A stretch of 64,000 bases of DNA. Source: Octopus sinensis (lineage: Eukaryota). This document shows, in pieces, positions 12,463 to 25,589 of the stretch (its first letter is position 1; each line of letters starts with the position of its first letter). The position numbers were made by a program, and so were the translations under genes. The stretch covers positions 70,060,001-70,124,000 of the forward strand of contig NC_042998.1 of the NCBI RefSeq assembly GCF_006345805.1, written 5' to 3'. A model generated the notes under the pieces. That model did no database searches. It saw nothing but the letters and a program-made list of their open reading frames with translations, and was not told where the DNA came from.

Positions 12463-12785
12463 GATGGTGCGTGGCTTAGTGGTTAGGGTATTCAGCTCAC
12501 AATCATAAGGTTGTGAGTTCGATTCCCGGCGGCACGCTGTGTTCTTGAGGAGGACAGTTTATTTCATGTTGTTCCAGTCCACTCAGCTGGCAAAAATGAG
12601 TTATACCTGTATTTCAAAGGGTCAGCCTTGTCACATTCTGTATCACACTGATTTTCTTTCAAAACTACGATAAGGGTACGCGTGTCTGTGGAGTACTCAG
12701 CCACTTGCACGTTAATTTCACGAGCAGGCAGTCCCGTTGGTCGGATCGATTGGAACCCTCGTCGTGGTAATCGACGGAGCGCCTG
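12463..12785 (+). mobile_element. Full-length family C SINE
   Basis: A box tggcttagtgg, B box gagttcgattcc, shared family C tail ending gacggagcgcc. Confidence 0.9.
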
Positions 12786-12984
12786 GTGCCTATGACCAGG
12801 ACAAATGCAAACAGTGTCTGTGACATAGACACTTAACTCTCCCAAAAGTTGTAAGCAGACACCACAATATTGAATAACTTACCGTATAGTGTCTGTGACC
12901 AAGATACTTAACTATCAACAGTGCAGTCATCCTATCTGAATGGTACCACCGTGCCATATTGTTCACTAATATTTGAAAATCATA

Positions 12985-13205
12985 GGCGGCGAGCTGGCAG
13001 AAACGTTAACACACTGGGCGAAATTATTCTTAGTGGTATTTCGTCTGTCTTTACGTTCTGAGTACAAATTCCGCCGAGGTCGACTTTGCCTTTCATCTTT
13101 TCGGGGTGATAAATTAAGTACCAGTTGCGTACTGCGGTCGATCTAATCGACTGGCCCCTCCCCAAAATTTCGGGCCTTGTGCCTAGAGTAGAAAAGAAAA
13201 GAATA
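12985..13205 (+). mobile_element. Full-length family B SINE
   Basis: ggcggcgagctggcagaaacgtt...gtcgactttgcctttcatc...gtgcctagagtagaaaagaa. Confidence 0.9.
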
Positions 13206-13269
13206 TTTGAAAATCATTACGAGTCAGTGGAAATTAAGAACTTCGAAAGGCATATTTTAATTCTTCCAG

Positions 13270-13431
13270 AGTTCCTGGATAACGCAATGAAAGCCACTTT
13301 AGTATATTCTTCAAACAGCAGAACATGTCTTCAGTTAATACACCAATAGTAATCGGGCTAACAGAAGACAGGAAATTCCATAGAATACAGAAGAGACTAA
13401 ATGGATGAAGATGAAAATATGTTAGATATGT
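13270..13431 (+). other. Candidate host exon (acceptor ttttaattcttccAG, ATG at 13401 in aaATGg context, MDEDENMLDM, donor GTAAGT at 13432)
   Basis: Splice-site-like motifs only; no homology recognised. Confidence 0.2.
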
Positions 13432-13864
13432 GTAAGTCTGTTGTGTTGGACTTATGTCTTCATTGTTGTAGTTTGATCTTGTATTATTAAAGTGTGTAGA
13501 GATGCGTGACAATACTGAGGCATTTTGAAGTACAGAAGAGAGTAGCAGTGAGGTGTGTAGAGTTGTTGTAACCATGAGGAGTGTACAGGTTTGTAGAGAT
13601 GCAGTGTGTAGAGATATTGTAATCCTGAGGTGTGCAGAGATGTATAGAAGTATCTAGAAGTGCTTAGAGGTATGTAGTTAAGATGTGTCGAAGTCTTGCA
13701 AACACTTGGTCGTGTAGAAGTGTTTAATATGGGAAGTGTATAGATGTGAAGAGGTTTTATATCAGTGAGCTGCGTGGATCAAGTGTATTGTTTTAAGTGT
13801 GTAGATTTGAGATGCCATTTGCTGTGTCGATGTTGAGAAGTGTTTCATTATAAAGCAGCGAAAA

Positions 13865-14093
13865 GGCGGTGAACTGGCAGAATCGTTAGCACGCCGGGCA
13901 AAATGCTTAACGGCATCTCGTCTGTCTTTACGTTCTGAGTTCAAATTCCGCTGAGGTCGACTTTGTTTTTCATCCTTCCGGGGTCGATGAAATAAATACC
14001 AGTTGGACGAACACTGTGGTCGATCACGTCGACTTTCCTCTTCTCCCTCCAAAAACAAAATTTCAGGCCTTGTGCCTATATTAGAAAGAATTA
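13865..14093 (+). mobile_element. Full-length family B SINE
   Basis: ggcggtgaactggcagaatcgttagcacgccgggc...gagttcaaattcc...ggccttgtgcctatattagaaag. Confidence 0.9.
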
Positions 14094-14718
14094 TAAGACG
14101 GCGAGATGTATCATGACAGTTTGGAGATCAGTGGCCATTTGAGTACACGTGACATCATAGTGGTAACATAGACAAATACAAGCACTTAGGTTATGAGATC
14201 GAATTCATCGCAAACACAACACCACCATTACCACTACTACTATCACCCACACCCAAAACAACATCTATATCGATAACAACTCCACATTCTACCATCATGC
14301 AGACTTCGTACATAGTTTCTTCTCTTTTACCGGCTTCCTTGTTCCTCTCTACATCTCCATTTCTACTCCGTCCCATTAATTCTTTCCTTACCGTCCCATT
14401 CTTCCCTCCTACCCCGTTTACTTTTCTCCATTTCTCTCCTCCACGTCCTTCTTTGTCTTTTGTCTTTCTTGTAGTTTTTTTTTCTTCTCTACTTCTATTC
14501 TTGCACAGATTCTACGTGTTTTTGACTTTACTTTCTTTGTTTCTTGTTGTATCTACCCTCTCCTCCTCCTTTTCCATCATCATCATCATCATCATCATCA
14601 AAACAACAACAACAGCAACAACAACAAAAGCAAGCACATCATCAATATCATCATGATGCTTACGTTACACTACCTTCGACATAATCCCATAATATAAAAA
14701 ATAATAAATCACCACCAC

Positions 14719-14790
<72 letters not shown>

Positions 14791-15719
14791 CGTCATCATC
14801 ATCATCATTATTATTTTCTTGGATGGCTGGCTTTCAATTTACATCCATAGATAGTCTTTTTTTCCTAATCTAAATATTCATCTTTTTTATGGCGACAGAA
14901 TCACATGACATATTACGTAAGGCATGGTGTCCTCATATGAATGGCACATGTATGTGCGTGTGTGTGTGTGTGTGTGTATGCTCGTCAACACAGTTGTGCG
15001 TGTATGTATGAATTTGTATGGAGTATGTAAATATACACACAAACATAAACACTCGGTAATAAAACATACGCACGCCACAGGATACACCATAATTAGGCTT
15101 AGCGAGGTATTTTGCTGAAAACGTGCTCAAAAAATATATAAATTATGAATTATTTGGGGCTGCGACACATTCTAAAGAATGAAAGAACAGACACAAAGAG
15201 TTAACCCCCGATATATAATATAAAGGAAATATACGTAATATTACCCCACGTAAAATCTTCAGCTACAGAATGCTCTAACTCTCATCTGTATATAATAACA
15301 AATTCCTTTTGTAAACAGCAATCACAGGGGTTGAATATAAGACTGCCCGGAACGAGCAAATGGACAAAAACTGACCCTTTTATACCCAACCGGAAAGAAC
15401 TGTGTTATGAGGAAATACTATCCCAAAGGACTGAATATAGAACTGACTTCCTAGGAGCACATCTACAGGATTTACTAGTTCAGTAACTGAACTTTTAAAC
15501 TAGCAATTGAATCTGCTGGCGCAACGTGTTTGTGATTAATTGTTACGCTGTATATAGTAAATTTGGCCTCTAGTTTAATAATAACCACATCTGGCGAAGT
15601 AAGTCATTAGTCTACATGTGTTAGAATGAACGCATGCTTTGTGTATTTGTTAAATTTATCGCGAGTTGAGCTGTGAAAGAATTGGAAAAGTAATGTGCTT
15701 AAGTGAGATTCGGCCTCAG

Positions 15720-16275
15720 TTTGGCGAGACTTTTACGAAGTCTTTGTTTTAATGTTGTCTGTAGGGAGAACTGTATGAGCTGTGCGCAATGTTACGAGTG
15801 GTATCAGCTTTACAAATTTGGTAAAAAATACCTGCTGAAGACGATTCAAAATAAGGAAAATATTTGGCGATAACAAACAACGATCACATTTCGAAAGTGC
15901 TTGCAGTGATCCGTGAAAAACCGTTATCTGACTGATTGTAAAGTTTTTTGGAGACGTAAGCATCTGTAAAAATTCGTGTCGCATATTTTAAAAAACAAAC
16001 TGAAGATTGCATCGTGTGAATAAAAGTAGAATTGTGTCACAGGGAGTCAGAAACTGTTCGATTGTCGAAAGCTGAAGGAAGCTATCTGAAAAGTCACTAT
16101 AACAGGCGGGTGTGAAGTTATGATGTCGAAACAAATAGGCATTCATCGCAGTGGGTTCACCATGACCAAAAAATAAATATCAGAGTTGCTCAAATGTAAA
16201 GGTGATGTTTATCGTCTATTTTCATTGGAGGAACATAGATTATCATGAATTTGTTCCACGTGGTCAGATGACCAA
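15720..16275 (+). pseudogene. Mariner transposase relic (HTH region to first catalytic D)
   Basis: Frameshifted reading gives CAQCYEWYQLYKFG, DHISKVLAVIR, YDVET, KVMFIV, HEFVPRGQ, typical of mariner transposases. Confidence 0.7.
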
Positions 16276-16855
16276 TAGCTCTGGAGAGGGAACTATTTTG
16301 AAAACGGGCCTGATTACATTGTAAGAAAAACATAAAAGGTTTCCATATTAAAATCTAGTTTCTTTTTGAACATTGTTGCTTAGCAGGAAGAGTTGTACAG
16401 ACAGACAAACCAAAAACATGCCAGATGCAGAATACATCCACTTCTCTGCGTGTGTTTGGTTTTTGCATAATTGTTATGCAGCTGTGATGTCGTAAGGATT
16501 ACTGTGACATCTGTAGGAATGGATATATTGAAATATCGTTGATATTTCCTGCTCGCACATGCATTATATGTAAGTGTGAAATTGTGTGTGGTTAGAAGTG
16601 TGCGTGGATGTCTGTATGAGAGATTAAGCACACGTGTGTGTGTGTGTGTCTGTTTGCATGTGTGCGTGCGTTTTGTATGACCATGCATTTTCATGCAAAA
16701 ACGGGAAGTGCTCAATACATAAACGATTTAGAATTGTATTCTGATTAACATAGCTGCGTGTTAATAAGCCAGATTATTTCATTATATGTAAAGTTTTATG
16801 TTTATGTTAATCAACTATATTCATCAGCCTTAAATTATTTTCCACACCAATGCAT

Positions 16856-16906
<51 letters not shown>

Positions 16907-16918
16907 TACATATATATA

Positions 16919-17997
16919 CAGGGGTCGGACAAAATAATGGAAACACCTTAAGATTTCAAACAAATTTATTTAAATATGGGGCAGGACCGCTTTTGGCAGT
17001 AATTACAGCTTGAATTCTATGAGGTATAGACTCGTACAAAGTTTCAATTGTTTCCAAAGGAATTTTGTCCATTCTTCAGCTAAAACAGTCTCCAGTTTTT
17101 GTAGTGATGGTGGTGGAGGATATCGACTCCTTACTTCTTTTTCAAAAATGTACCATAAATGTTCAATAATATTGAGATCTGGGGACTGTGGTGGCCAGAT
17201 AAGATGATCAACTTCACTAGAATGTTCCTCGTGCCATTCAGTAACCACTTGGCTGTGTGGATTGGGTTTCTCTCTGGAAACAGTTGTGCAACCATAGGAT
17301 GAATTTGATCAGATAAAATGCTTAAATAGTCTTGACTATTAATCCTGCCAATGAAGGGAAACCATTGAGCCGGCGGATTTCCAAGATATAGCCCCCCCCC
17401 ACACACACACACACCACCACCAGATCATCACAGACCCTCCTCCATGTTTAACAGCGGTTTTCTATTGCAGCCCTCCCGTGAAATCCAGCTTTGTGCATCT
17501 CCCGGCGATCAGTTTTTGTGAAAACTGGGTTCTCGAGGTGGTCATTAAGCTCAGTAATTTTGGGAGCTGTACTTTTGTGATCCTTTCTAACAATTCGCGT
17601 AAGAGTTCGACTGTCCCTACCTAAAAGTTTTGGTTTTCTTGAGTTTTGTTTCGACGAGGAGGTTTTTCCTTCTTTCTCAAAGGCTGTCATTACTTTCGAG
17701 ACAGTACTTCTTGATACACCAAACATTTTGGCTGTTTTCGTTACACTAACGCCTGCCATACGAGCACAACGATTTGACCTCTTTGAAAGTCCGATAGATC
17801 TGTCATTTTAAAGAATTTTAATTCCCTTTTTCTGATGATACCCGAAAAGAAACAGCAATTTTAGCAAAACATATTCAGCAATACTAATAATAAATAAAAA
17901 ACAACATAAAAATAAACGAGCTTTTGACGGTTTTATAGATATTTCAAAATTATGATGCTATGATACTAGGTGTTTCTATTACTTTGTCCAACTTCTG
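16919..17997 (-). mobile_element. Tc1-family (DD34E-type) DNA transposon, internally deleted
   Basis: TIRs caggggtcggacaaaataatggaaacacc / ggtgtttctattactttgtccaacttctg, TA on both flanks; HTH ORF 17448-17759 and WPPQSPDLNIIEHLW in ORF 17003-17248. Confidence 0.92.
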
Positions 17998-18199
17998 TAT
18001 ATACGTATACGTATGTATACTCATACACCCCCCCTAGATACACACATAAACACACACACACACCGATACATATGTGTGTGCGTATATATATATATATATG
18101 TGTGTGTGTGTATATATATATATATACACTCACACACACACGTACACACACACACATACACACACATTCATATATACGTACATATATGAAGAAAAAAAC

Positions 18200-18437
18200 T
18201 GGCACTCCGTCGGTTACGACGACAAGGGTTCCAGTTGATCCGTTCAACGGAATAGCCTGCTCGTGAAATTAACGTGCAAGTGGCTTAGTGCCCACGAACA
18301 TGCGTAGCCTTAACGTAGTATTCAGGGAGATTCGGTGTGACATAGGCTGGCACTTTGAATTACAGGTATATCTCATTTTTGCCAGTAGAATGAACTGGAT
18401 CAATGTGAAATAAAGTGTCATGTTCAAGAACACAACA
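18200..18437 (-). mobile_element. Family C SINE, 5'-truncated
   Basis: tggcactccgtcggttacgacgacaagggttccagttgatcc is the reverse of the family C tail. Confidence 0.85.
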
Positions 18438-19199
18438 CACATACACACACACACACGCGCGAGCACGCCTGCATATATGAACAAAATGGCGAGTTTTAAT
18501 AAAAATTTATGGCAATACGATTTAGGAATAAAACAGAATAAAATATGGTGTTGCCAATAAATAACAAAAATGTAGTTATATCTAAAATTCCGTTTTTAAT
18601 ATTCCAATATTTCAGGATTAAAAAATCCTTACTTCGAGTAGCGTGAGGAGAGTTCTCCAAGTTAGTTTATAGCCAGTTCGTTCTGTCTCCAGATCTGTCT
18701 ACAGAAGACACGCACACGCGCGCGTACACACACACACACTCACACACAAATAACAAGTGTTGTAGTGTGCTTGATGCATTCCAGAAGAAGTCGAAAATCA
18801 ATGTTTTATAGAAAGCATTAGCATTGCAGACGGATCATTGAATATCAAAACTATTAATCACAAGGATTGAAATATTACCTTAGAAATATTTAGTATGGTT
18901 TGATATTTCGAGTTAGAAACTCATTATCAAAGCTTTAATGAACGCGAGTGCTAAAGTACGCGTCCATGTTCTTGACATTTTGAATCCTTGTGCGCCATAT
19001 GGGAATTATTAGGCGTAGAAATTCGGACCTGAGATTTATGTCCTTTGGTTTTATCGAAAGTGTCATTGAAATTTGTGCGAGGAGGAAATAGGTCAGTTGA
19101 CATTAATTTGTTGTTAACATTATCGTACCTCTGTTGCAACTTTTGGCCAGTGTTTCGCTATTCATACTGTTTAGAGTTCGGACTGGTGTTAGCAACGTT

Positions 19200-19460
19200 A
19201 TGTTACCTAATTTCGTTTATTGAAAAAGCACATTATCATATCTATTTAGTTTTACCCCAGCACACAGAATGCATGGATCCTTTTATGGAATTGCCTGTTA
19301 TTGTCCACTTTACATTGATAATTACCCTCCCTTAAGTCTCAAATGTTTTTTCGATAAATTCACTACGAGCTTCTTATAAACATTCTGGAAAGAGTGTATG
19401 TGATGTTGGCATATATATTTAAATCTTGCACTTGTTATTCCGGTGTAGTCTTTATTGCTT
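19200..19460 (-). pseudogene. Penelope-like GIY-YIG endonuclease relic
   Basis: Minus-strand reading KDYTGITSARFKYICQHHIHSF then (with frameshifts) ELSK.I*DL...VKWTI, the pattern of PLE GIY-YIG domains. Confidence 0.5.
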
Positions 19461-20324
19461 TATCTTTATTGTACTTTTGTTGCCCTGTAGATTACTTCTT
19501 TATCAAACAATTTTCACTTAACGAGCAATAGCTTTCATTTGTTGGAGTAACAGGTATCTTTTTCGGCTGTAATGTGAGTTCTTTATATATTTTGGATAAC
19601 AATTTTCTTTCCAGTCCTTCTACAGATGTAACTAACTCTGGTGTTGTTCCTTCTCTGTTGTAGTTAAAAATGTTTGGTGATCATTGTTAGAAAGTACTTT
19701 TTATATTTATCGCTAAGAGTGGATTGAAACAAATGATTTTTCTTCAGTTGATCCTGATTGGTTTATGGTTCGTTTGTTTGATTTGAGGAATGTATTCTAA
19801 TTTTTAGAATACATTCTAATTTTTAGAATACATACTCGACATTAGATCATTACGGCGCTGATCTATTGAATATTTCTTTGTCGGTTGGCATTGCTTATTT
19901 TGAATAGTTTCAACAAACAAAGTAATTTAAGTTAAATAATTGGTAACTTCGAGACATTAGAATAGAAATACAAGCAGCACACAGATTATATGGAAAGGAT
20001 CGTTATAACATCAACTGTGAAGTATTAGTTTATGATGACAGCGTGACAAATATAGGGAATTAGGATAAGATTACGAAACCGGCACGCAAGAACAAAATGC
20101 ACGTTAGAACGATCAATGAAAAGAAATACTAGTAATATTAGAAGCACAGGAGGTGATGACATAATCGATAGGTGCATGTAGGACAACACTAAAAGTAAGC
20201 AGCAAATCAACTGAGCCACTTGGGCATCATAAAGAATGCTTCGTGGTATGTCGATAAAAACGTACAACTCTAGGATGATGGATTTGTTAAACTGTAAGAA
20301 GGCTGGACCGATTGACTAGCAGTA

Positions 20325-21621
20325 CGACGGTTGGCTGTAAAGTTCATAGGTTGACCAAGATACTCTTATGAAATGTGATCAAATCAGGTTTATTTTCAAC
20401 ATAGCCCTCTTTACGTTCCACACATTTCTTCCATCGATATTGCCGTGCTTGTATCCCATTGGTGAAAGAAGTTTTCATCCTGTTGGTCAAAATATTTACT
20501 AACAACAAATGTGAAGTCATCCTCACTACAATACTGCTTCCCAGCCAAGTGTTTTTTCACGTTGGGGAACAGATGATGATCAAATGGGGCCGAATCAGGA
20601 GAATAGGGAGGTTGAGCAACAAGTTCAAAGTCATAGTCACACAGAGCAGCTATTGAAACCAAGACTCCTTTGTTCAGTTTTCCTGGGTATTTGGTCTTGA
20701 TAGCCTTTCGTAACTGCCTCAAAAAGTTGGCATAGTACTTTCCATTGATGGTCAATAAACACAATGCCCTTTGTATCCCCAGAAAGACAGGCAATAAACA
20801 CAATGCCTTTTGCATCTCCCAAAAGATAGTCAATAAATACAATGCCTTGTGCATCCCAAAATACTGAAGCCATCAACTGTCTTGCAGATAAAACGACCTT
20901 GGCCTTCTTTGGAGCAGGTGAAGTAGGGTGTTTCCCCTGCATGGATTGTCTCTTTGTCTCTGGCACAAAGTGATGAAGCCAACACTCACCCTGGGTTAGG
21001 AAACGTTCAAGGAAACTAGCTGGCTTTGCCTCAAAGAATGTTATGTGATCAGTCTGGTGCGTTTCTGATCAGGAGTCAGAAGACGTGGCACCCACCGAGC
21101 AGAAACCTTCGTTGTGCCGAGTTCATTCTGCAGAATGTTCTCAACTCTCTTACGGTATGTACTAATAGCATTGGCTATTTGATGTCTAGTCAATCGCATG
21201 TCATCCATCACCAAGTGATGAACACGATCAGTTTTTTCTTCAGTGGTGACAGTTGCAGGGCGTCTAGACATTGGGTCACCTTCAAGGTTCCCCTCCTAAA
21301 TTCAGCTGCCCACTTTTGCACTGTTGATAAAGCTGGAGCGTCATTCCCTAATATAGCACCCATGTCAGCATGAATATCCTTGGGGACTAAACCCTTTTTC
21401 TGTATTTACACGATAGCACGACGATGCCAAACTTTGTCCATTTTCAGGAGAAAACTCTGCTAGTTATTTTTGAAGTCGTCTTTAAACGGTCTCACGTCAG
21501 TTTACTTGGAAAGAAACAATGTAGTTATTAATAAGATGAGCTGAAATTAATGCATGCAAGATTTCAAAGCCCTAGAATCACTCTTTCATAGTCAGCCTAT
21601 GAACTTTTCTTCCTACCCTTC
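20325..21621 (-). mobile_element. Mariner (DD34D-type) DNA transposon relic
   Basis: Imperfect TIRs cgacggttggctgtaaagttcataggttgac / gtcagcctatgaacttttcttcctacccttc with TA flanks; WVPRLL, MASVFWD and PPYSPDSAPFD motifs in the ORF track. Confidence 0.9.
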
Positions 21622-21622
21622 T

Positions 21623-21707
21623 ATTTGTTCAAGTTCTTGAGTTCAAATCGTATTGGTTCAAGTTCTTGAGTTCAAATCGTATTTGTTCAAGTTCTGAGTT
21701 CAAATCC
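21623..21707 (+). repeat. 3 x 29-bp tandem repeat, each with a B-box-like GAGTTCAAATC
   Basis: atttgttcaagttcttgagttcaaatcgt / attggttcaagttcttgagttcaaatcgt / atttgttcaagttctgagttcaaatcct. Confidence 0.9.
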
Positions 21708-22304
21708 TCTGGTGGCCTACTTGGGTAGTAGGCTTAATCCGCTTCTCGGATTAAAGCTATTTTAGGTGAACTTTTTCGGTGTTCACTCTGTTGCAAATAT
21801 TCCTACCAGGTGTGTGGCTTGAGACTAACTTCCTCCTATCCTTCCACCATCATCGGAGGTGTAATGAGGCACTGCTTTTCCTACTAACTCAATGAGACTC
21901 TGCTTTTCCTGCTAACTCAAAAGATAGACGTCAGCAAGTGACAATATCTAAGCAAAAATATTCGTAAGCACCACATCAAGATTGAATGGCTGTTCCACAC
22001 ACACAGAAAAATGCATCGCACATTCATTTATAACAATTGTAATAGATGAATGCTTAACGCATTTCCAATGCTTTATTTTTTGCAACCAAGCAAATTTCTT
22101 TATGTTTAGAAATATTTTTACTTATATATTGCCACACTGCTTTCCCTTCTACAATAGTTTTAATAATCAACTACGTAAAACTCAGTATTGCTATTCAAGA
22201 ACTTTCAGCACTAAATAAAATATATAAACTATAATTTTTCTATTTAATATTCTTTTCTTCGTTTGTAAACAAAATCTCTCTCTATCTCTCTCTCTCTCTC
22301 TCTC

Positions 22305-22349
<45 letters not shown>

Positions 22350-23201
22350 TATATATAAACACAAATTTCATGTGGACATTTCCACCTCGATCGTTTCATT
22401 TACTTTCTTTTCCAGTTCTTTTCTTGTCTTCTCTTCTCTTTTTTCCACTCTACACCGATATTCATCAGAAGGACAACTATAATTAATTTTTTTCCATTTC
22501 TCAAAGTGTCAAACTAATAATTTTGATATTGAACTTATACCGTGTCGTTGCTTTTGTGTTGAATTGCATGTGGTGGGGAAGGCAGCTCTCTCTCTCTTTC
22601 TCTCTCTTTCCCTCTCTCTCTTTCTTTCTGTGCATGTGTGCGTGTGAATGTATGTCTGTATGTATGGCTAAGTTTTGGGTCTTTGTACAAGTCTATATGT
22701 ACGTTTATGTGTGTGCGTTTATGTGTATTTATATATAAGTCTACGTATAAGTCCAAGTGCAACGTCAGGTATGTGTACGACTGTACATCTCTACACATGA
22801 GTCGATATGTACAGTATATATTTATATGAAGGTCTGTTTGCAGTTGTCATAGGCTTTATATGTAGGGTCATTTCTATATATGTGGGTGCGTGTGTGCATA
22901 TATATACGCATTACATAGCTAAAGACATACACATATGTATTCATATACAAATATATATATATGTATGTATTTGTATGTATTTAGCTATGTAGTGTGTATA
23001 TACATGTGAATGCATATGCATATATATATATATATGTGTGTGTGTGTATTCATGCATATATTCATATATTTTTGTATGTGTATATATGTATTTATACTTA
23101 TGATTGTAAAAGTATATCTATCTATCTATATTTCTAGCTAGCTATCTGAAAGTCTGTCTCTTTGTCTGTCTGCATCTCTCTCTCTCTCTCTCTCCTTCTC
23201 T

Positions 23202-23245
<44 letters not shown>

Positions 23246-23344
23246 TAAACCTGACTGTTGATCTGTTACTGCATGCCTCAGTGTGTAAGTCTGCACGTAG
23301 GTTTATGTGAGGTTCTACATACATTTGGGTTTATTGTATCATAT

Positions 23345-23970
23345 TACTATCCAATATATTTCTTCTTTCCATTATTAAAACTCCACACTTTTAAATCCCA
23401 AATCACCACCCCTCTCCCGTCAAATATCTTCAATAATCCACGGATTCTTTGTACTAAAGATTCTGCCATGATCGTTGCAGCTTGGCGAACAATTTCTAAC
23501 TATTCACATATAGAAAAGGATAATTACCTCCTTTAATATTTTACTCATCCCTTACCATTTTCTTAGGAGCAGTGTTAAAGGAATCCAAGATATTTCAAAA
23601 AGCAAGTGGGACAAGATATCACCATGAAAGATTCCTTTATTGATCTTAATAATTCCTACCTCTTGACCAGAATAGATTAATTTGGGTTTCCATTTACGCA
23701 TACTCTTTTAAATCAACCTTCTTATATTTTCTGTAATAACTACCATTCCTGAGTATTCTACTGTCCAATGATAAAGCCTCGTGCTATAGGCCTTTTTTCC
23801 CCACTCATAATCGATCCAAACCTACGTGAATTGTGTATGTCACTTCCTGTAATCTTGTAGTCTTGTAGTATTAATGTATCTATCAGTAATTGGTCTTTTG
23901 TACTCCCATTCTTCCTTCGGTATCCTTTCTGCTCTGCTCTGGTAGTAATATATCTCCTGGAAATCTAAAC

Positions 23971-24036
<66 letters not shown>

Positions 24037-24148
24037 GTATGTATATATATATGTATATATGTATATATATATATGTATGTATATGTATTATATATATATA
24101 TATGTATATGTATATATATATATGTATGTATATATATATATATGTATG

Positions 24149-24182
<34 letters not shown>

Positions 24183-24424
24183 GATATATATGCATGTATG
24201 TATATATATATATGCATGTATGTATATATATATATGCATGTATGTATATATATATGCATGTATGTATATATATATATGTATATATGCATGTATGTATATA
24301 TAATATGTATGTATGCATATATATATGTATGCATGTATATATATGTATGCATGTATGTATATATGTATGTATGTGTGTGCATGTATGTATATGTATGTAT
24401 ATGTATGTATATATATGTATATGT

Positions 24425-24475
<51 letters not shown>

Positions 24476-24493
24476 CATGTATATGTATATATG

Positions 24494-24526
<33 letters not shown>

Positions 24527-25430
24527 TAACTACACGGCCAAACGCTTTCACATTATTGACAGACACTTTATTGGTCTAAAAGTGTCAGCTCTATTACCTT
24601 TGTTATGTAACCGTTCAAGCACAGAACAATCCTATCTTGTATTATCCATTCTGGTAATGGTTCTCTGCTACATAGGATATCATTTAGTTGTTTTCTATTC
24701 TCTTATGAAAGGAAGTAAGTTTTTAACTAATTACCCTTGCAATTCATCAATACAGGACATTTCCAGTTGAGTATTTTACTCTTATGTATCATTACCAGTT
24801 ATTCCCCTCTCACAAGGTCTGATTGGTTACCGTTTATTTCGAAATAAAACCACTTTTGTTCTGTCGGGAGCATACAATTCTATATGTATTGAACCCTTTT
24901 ATGAAATTAAATTTTGGTTGTTTTGGCCATAAGTTTCCTTTTTAAGTTCCTCTATTGCTGTAGGAAGTCCTTTGTTTTTCCTTTACATTGTTTTGAAACG
25001 ATCGAACACAGTAGTGTATCCATCCATCCATCCGTCCCTCCATTGCTTCTTCTTTCCCACTCACTAATCTGCCTACACTGTCTTTTAATGTTATGTTTTA
25101 TCCGTTGTTTCCAGCAGTGCTCATTTTCTATTGTTATTTCTTCTCTTTCAATTCCTAATTTCTCTGCTCTATAAATTCTAGCAACACTTTGTAGCTTGTT
25201 GTTCTCTGTGATATTATATCAGATCTAAAGTATTCGAGAAAATCTATTCACTTTGTTACTGAATACATTCAACTTCCTTCTGTCAACGCAGAAACATCCT
25301 TGTTTTAAGCAGAGCCTTCTCTCTCTAAATTCTCGTCGATATTTCTAATTCTTCAATGGCCAATTCATCCTTTTTCTTAATTAGTTCTTTCAAGATTTTC
25401 CATTATTGGTTCTTTAATCATTTTCCTTTA
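23345..25430 (-). pseudogene. R4/Dong-like LINE relic, RT core (copy B), interrupted by a ~560-bp microsatellite
   Basis: Minus-strand fragments [51 protein letters not shown]. Confidence 0.75.
23969..24526. repeat. (TA)n/(TATG)n/(TG)n compound microsatellite inside the LINE RT
   Basis: Directly visible. Confidence 0.95.
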
Positions 25431-25492
25431 TTAGTTGTTGTGCTTCCATATTATTTTTTCCAGTAGCTTATTTTTATTGCACGCTCGTGCTT

Positions 25493-25517
25493 TCTCTTTC
25501 TTTCTTTCTTTCTTTTT

Positions 25518-25554
<37 letters not shown>

Positions 25555-25581
25555 TTTCTTTCTTTCTTTCTTTCTTTCTTT
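25493..25581. repeat. (CTTT)n tract, the probable (GAAA)n 3' tail of R4-like copy A
   Basis: Lies immediately 3' of the copy A C-terminus on the minus strand. Confidence 0.85.
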
Positions 25582-25589
25582 CCACGATA

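Noticed and set aside
18483-18492. YY1-like AAAATGGCG (also near 52526) as a promoter
   Set aside because: A single short motif with no CpG island or other promoter evidence.
18960-19100. Possible Penelope RT-linker motif (FPP.HKF) on the minus strand
   Set aside because: Requires several frameshifts and lies on the wrong side of the GIY-YIG relic; too weak to call.
12813-21707. Short spaced or tandem direct repeats as CRISPR-like arrays
   Set aside because: Only 2-3 units, no unique equal-length spacers, no cas genes, and a eukaryotic context.
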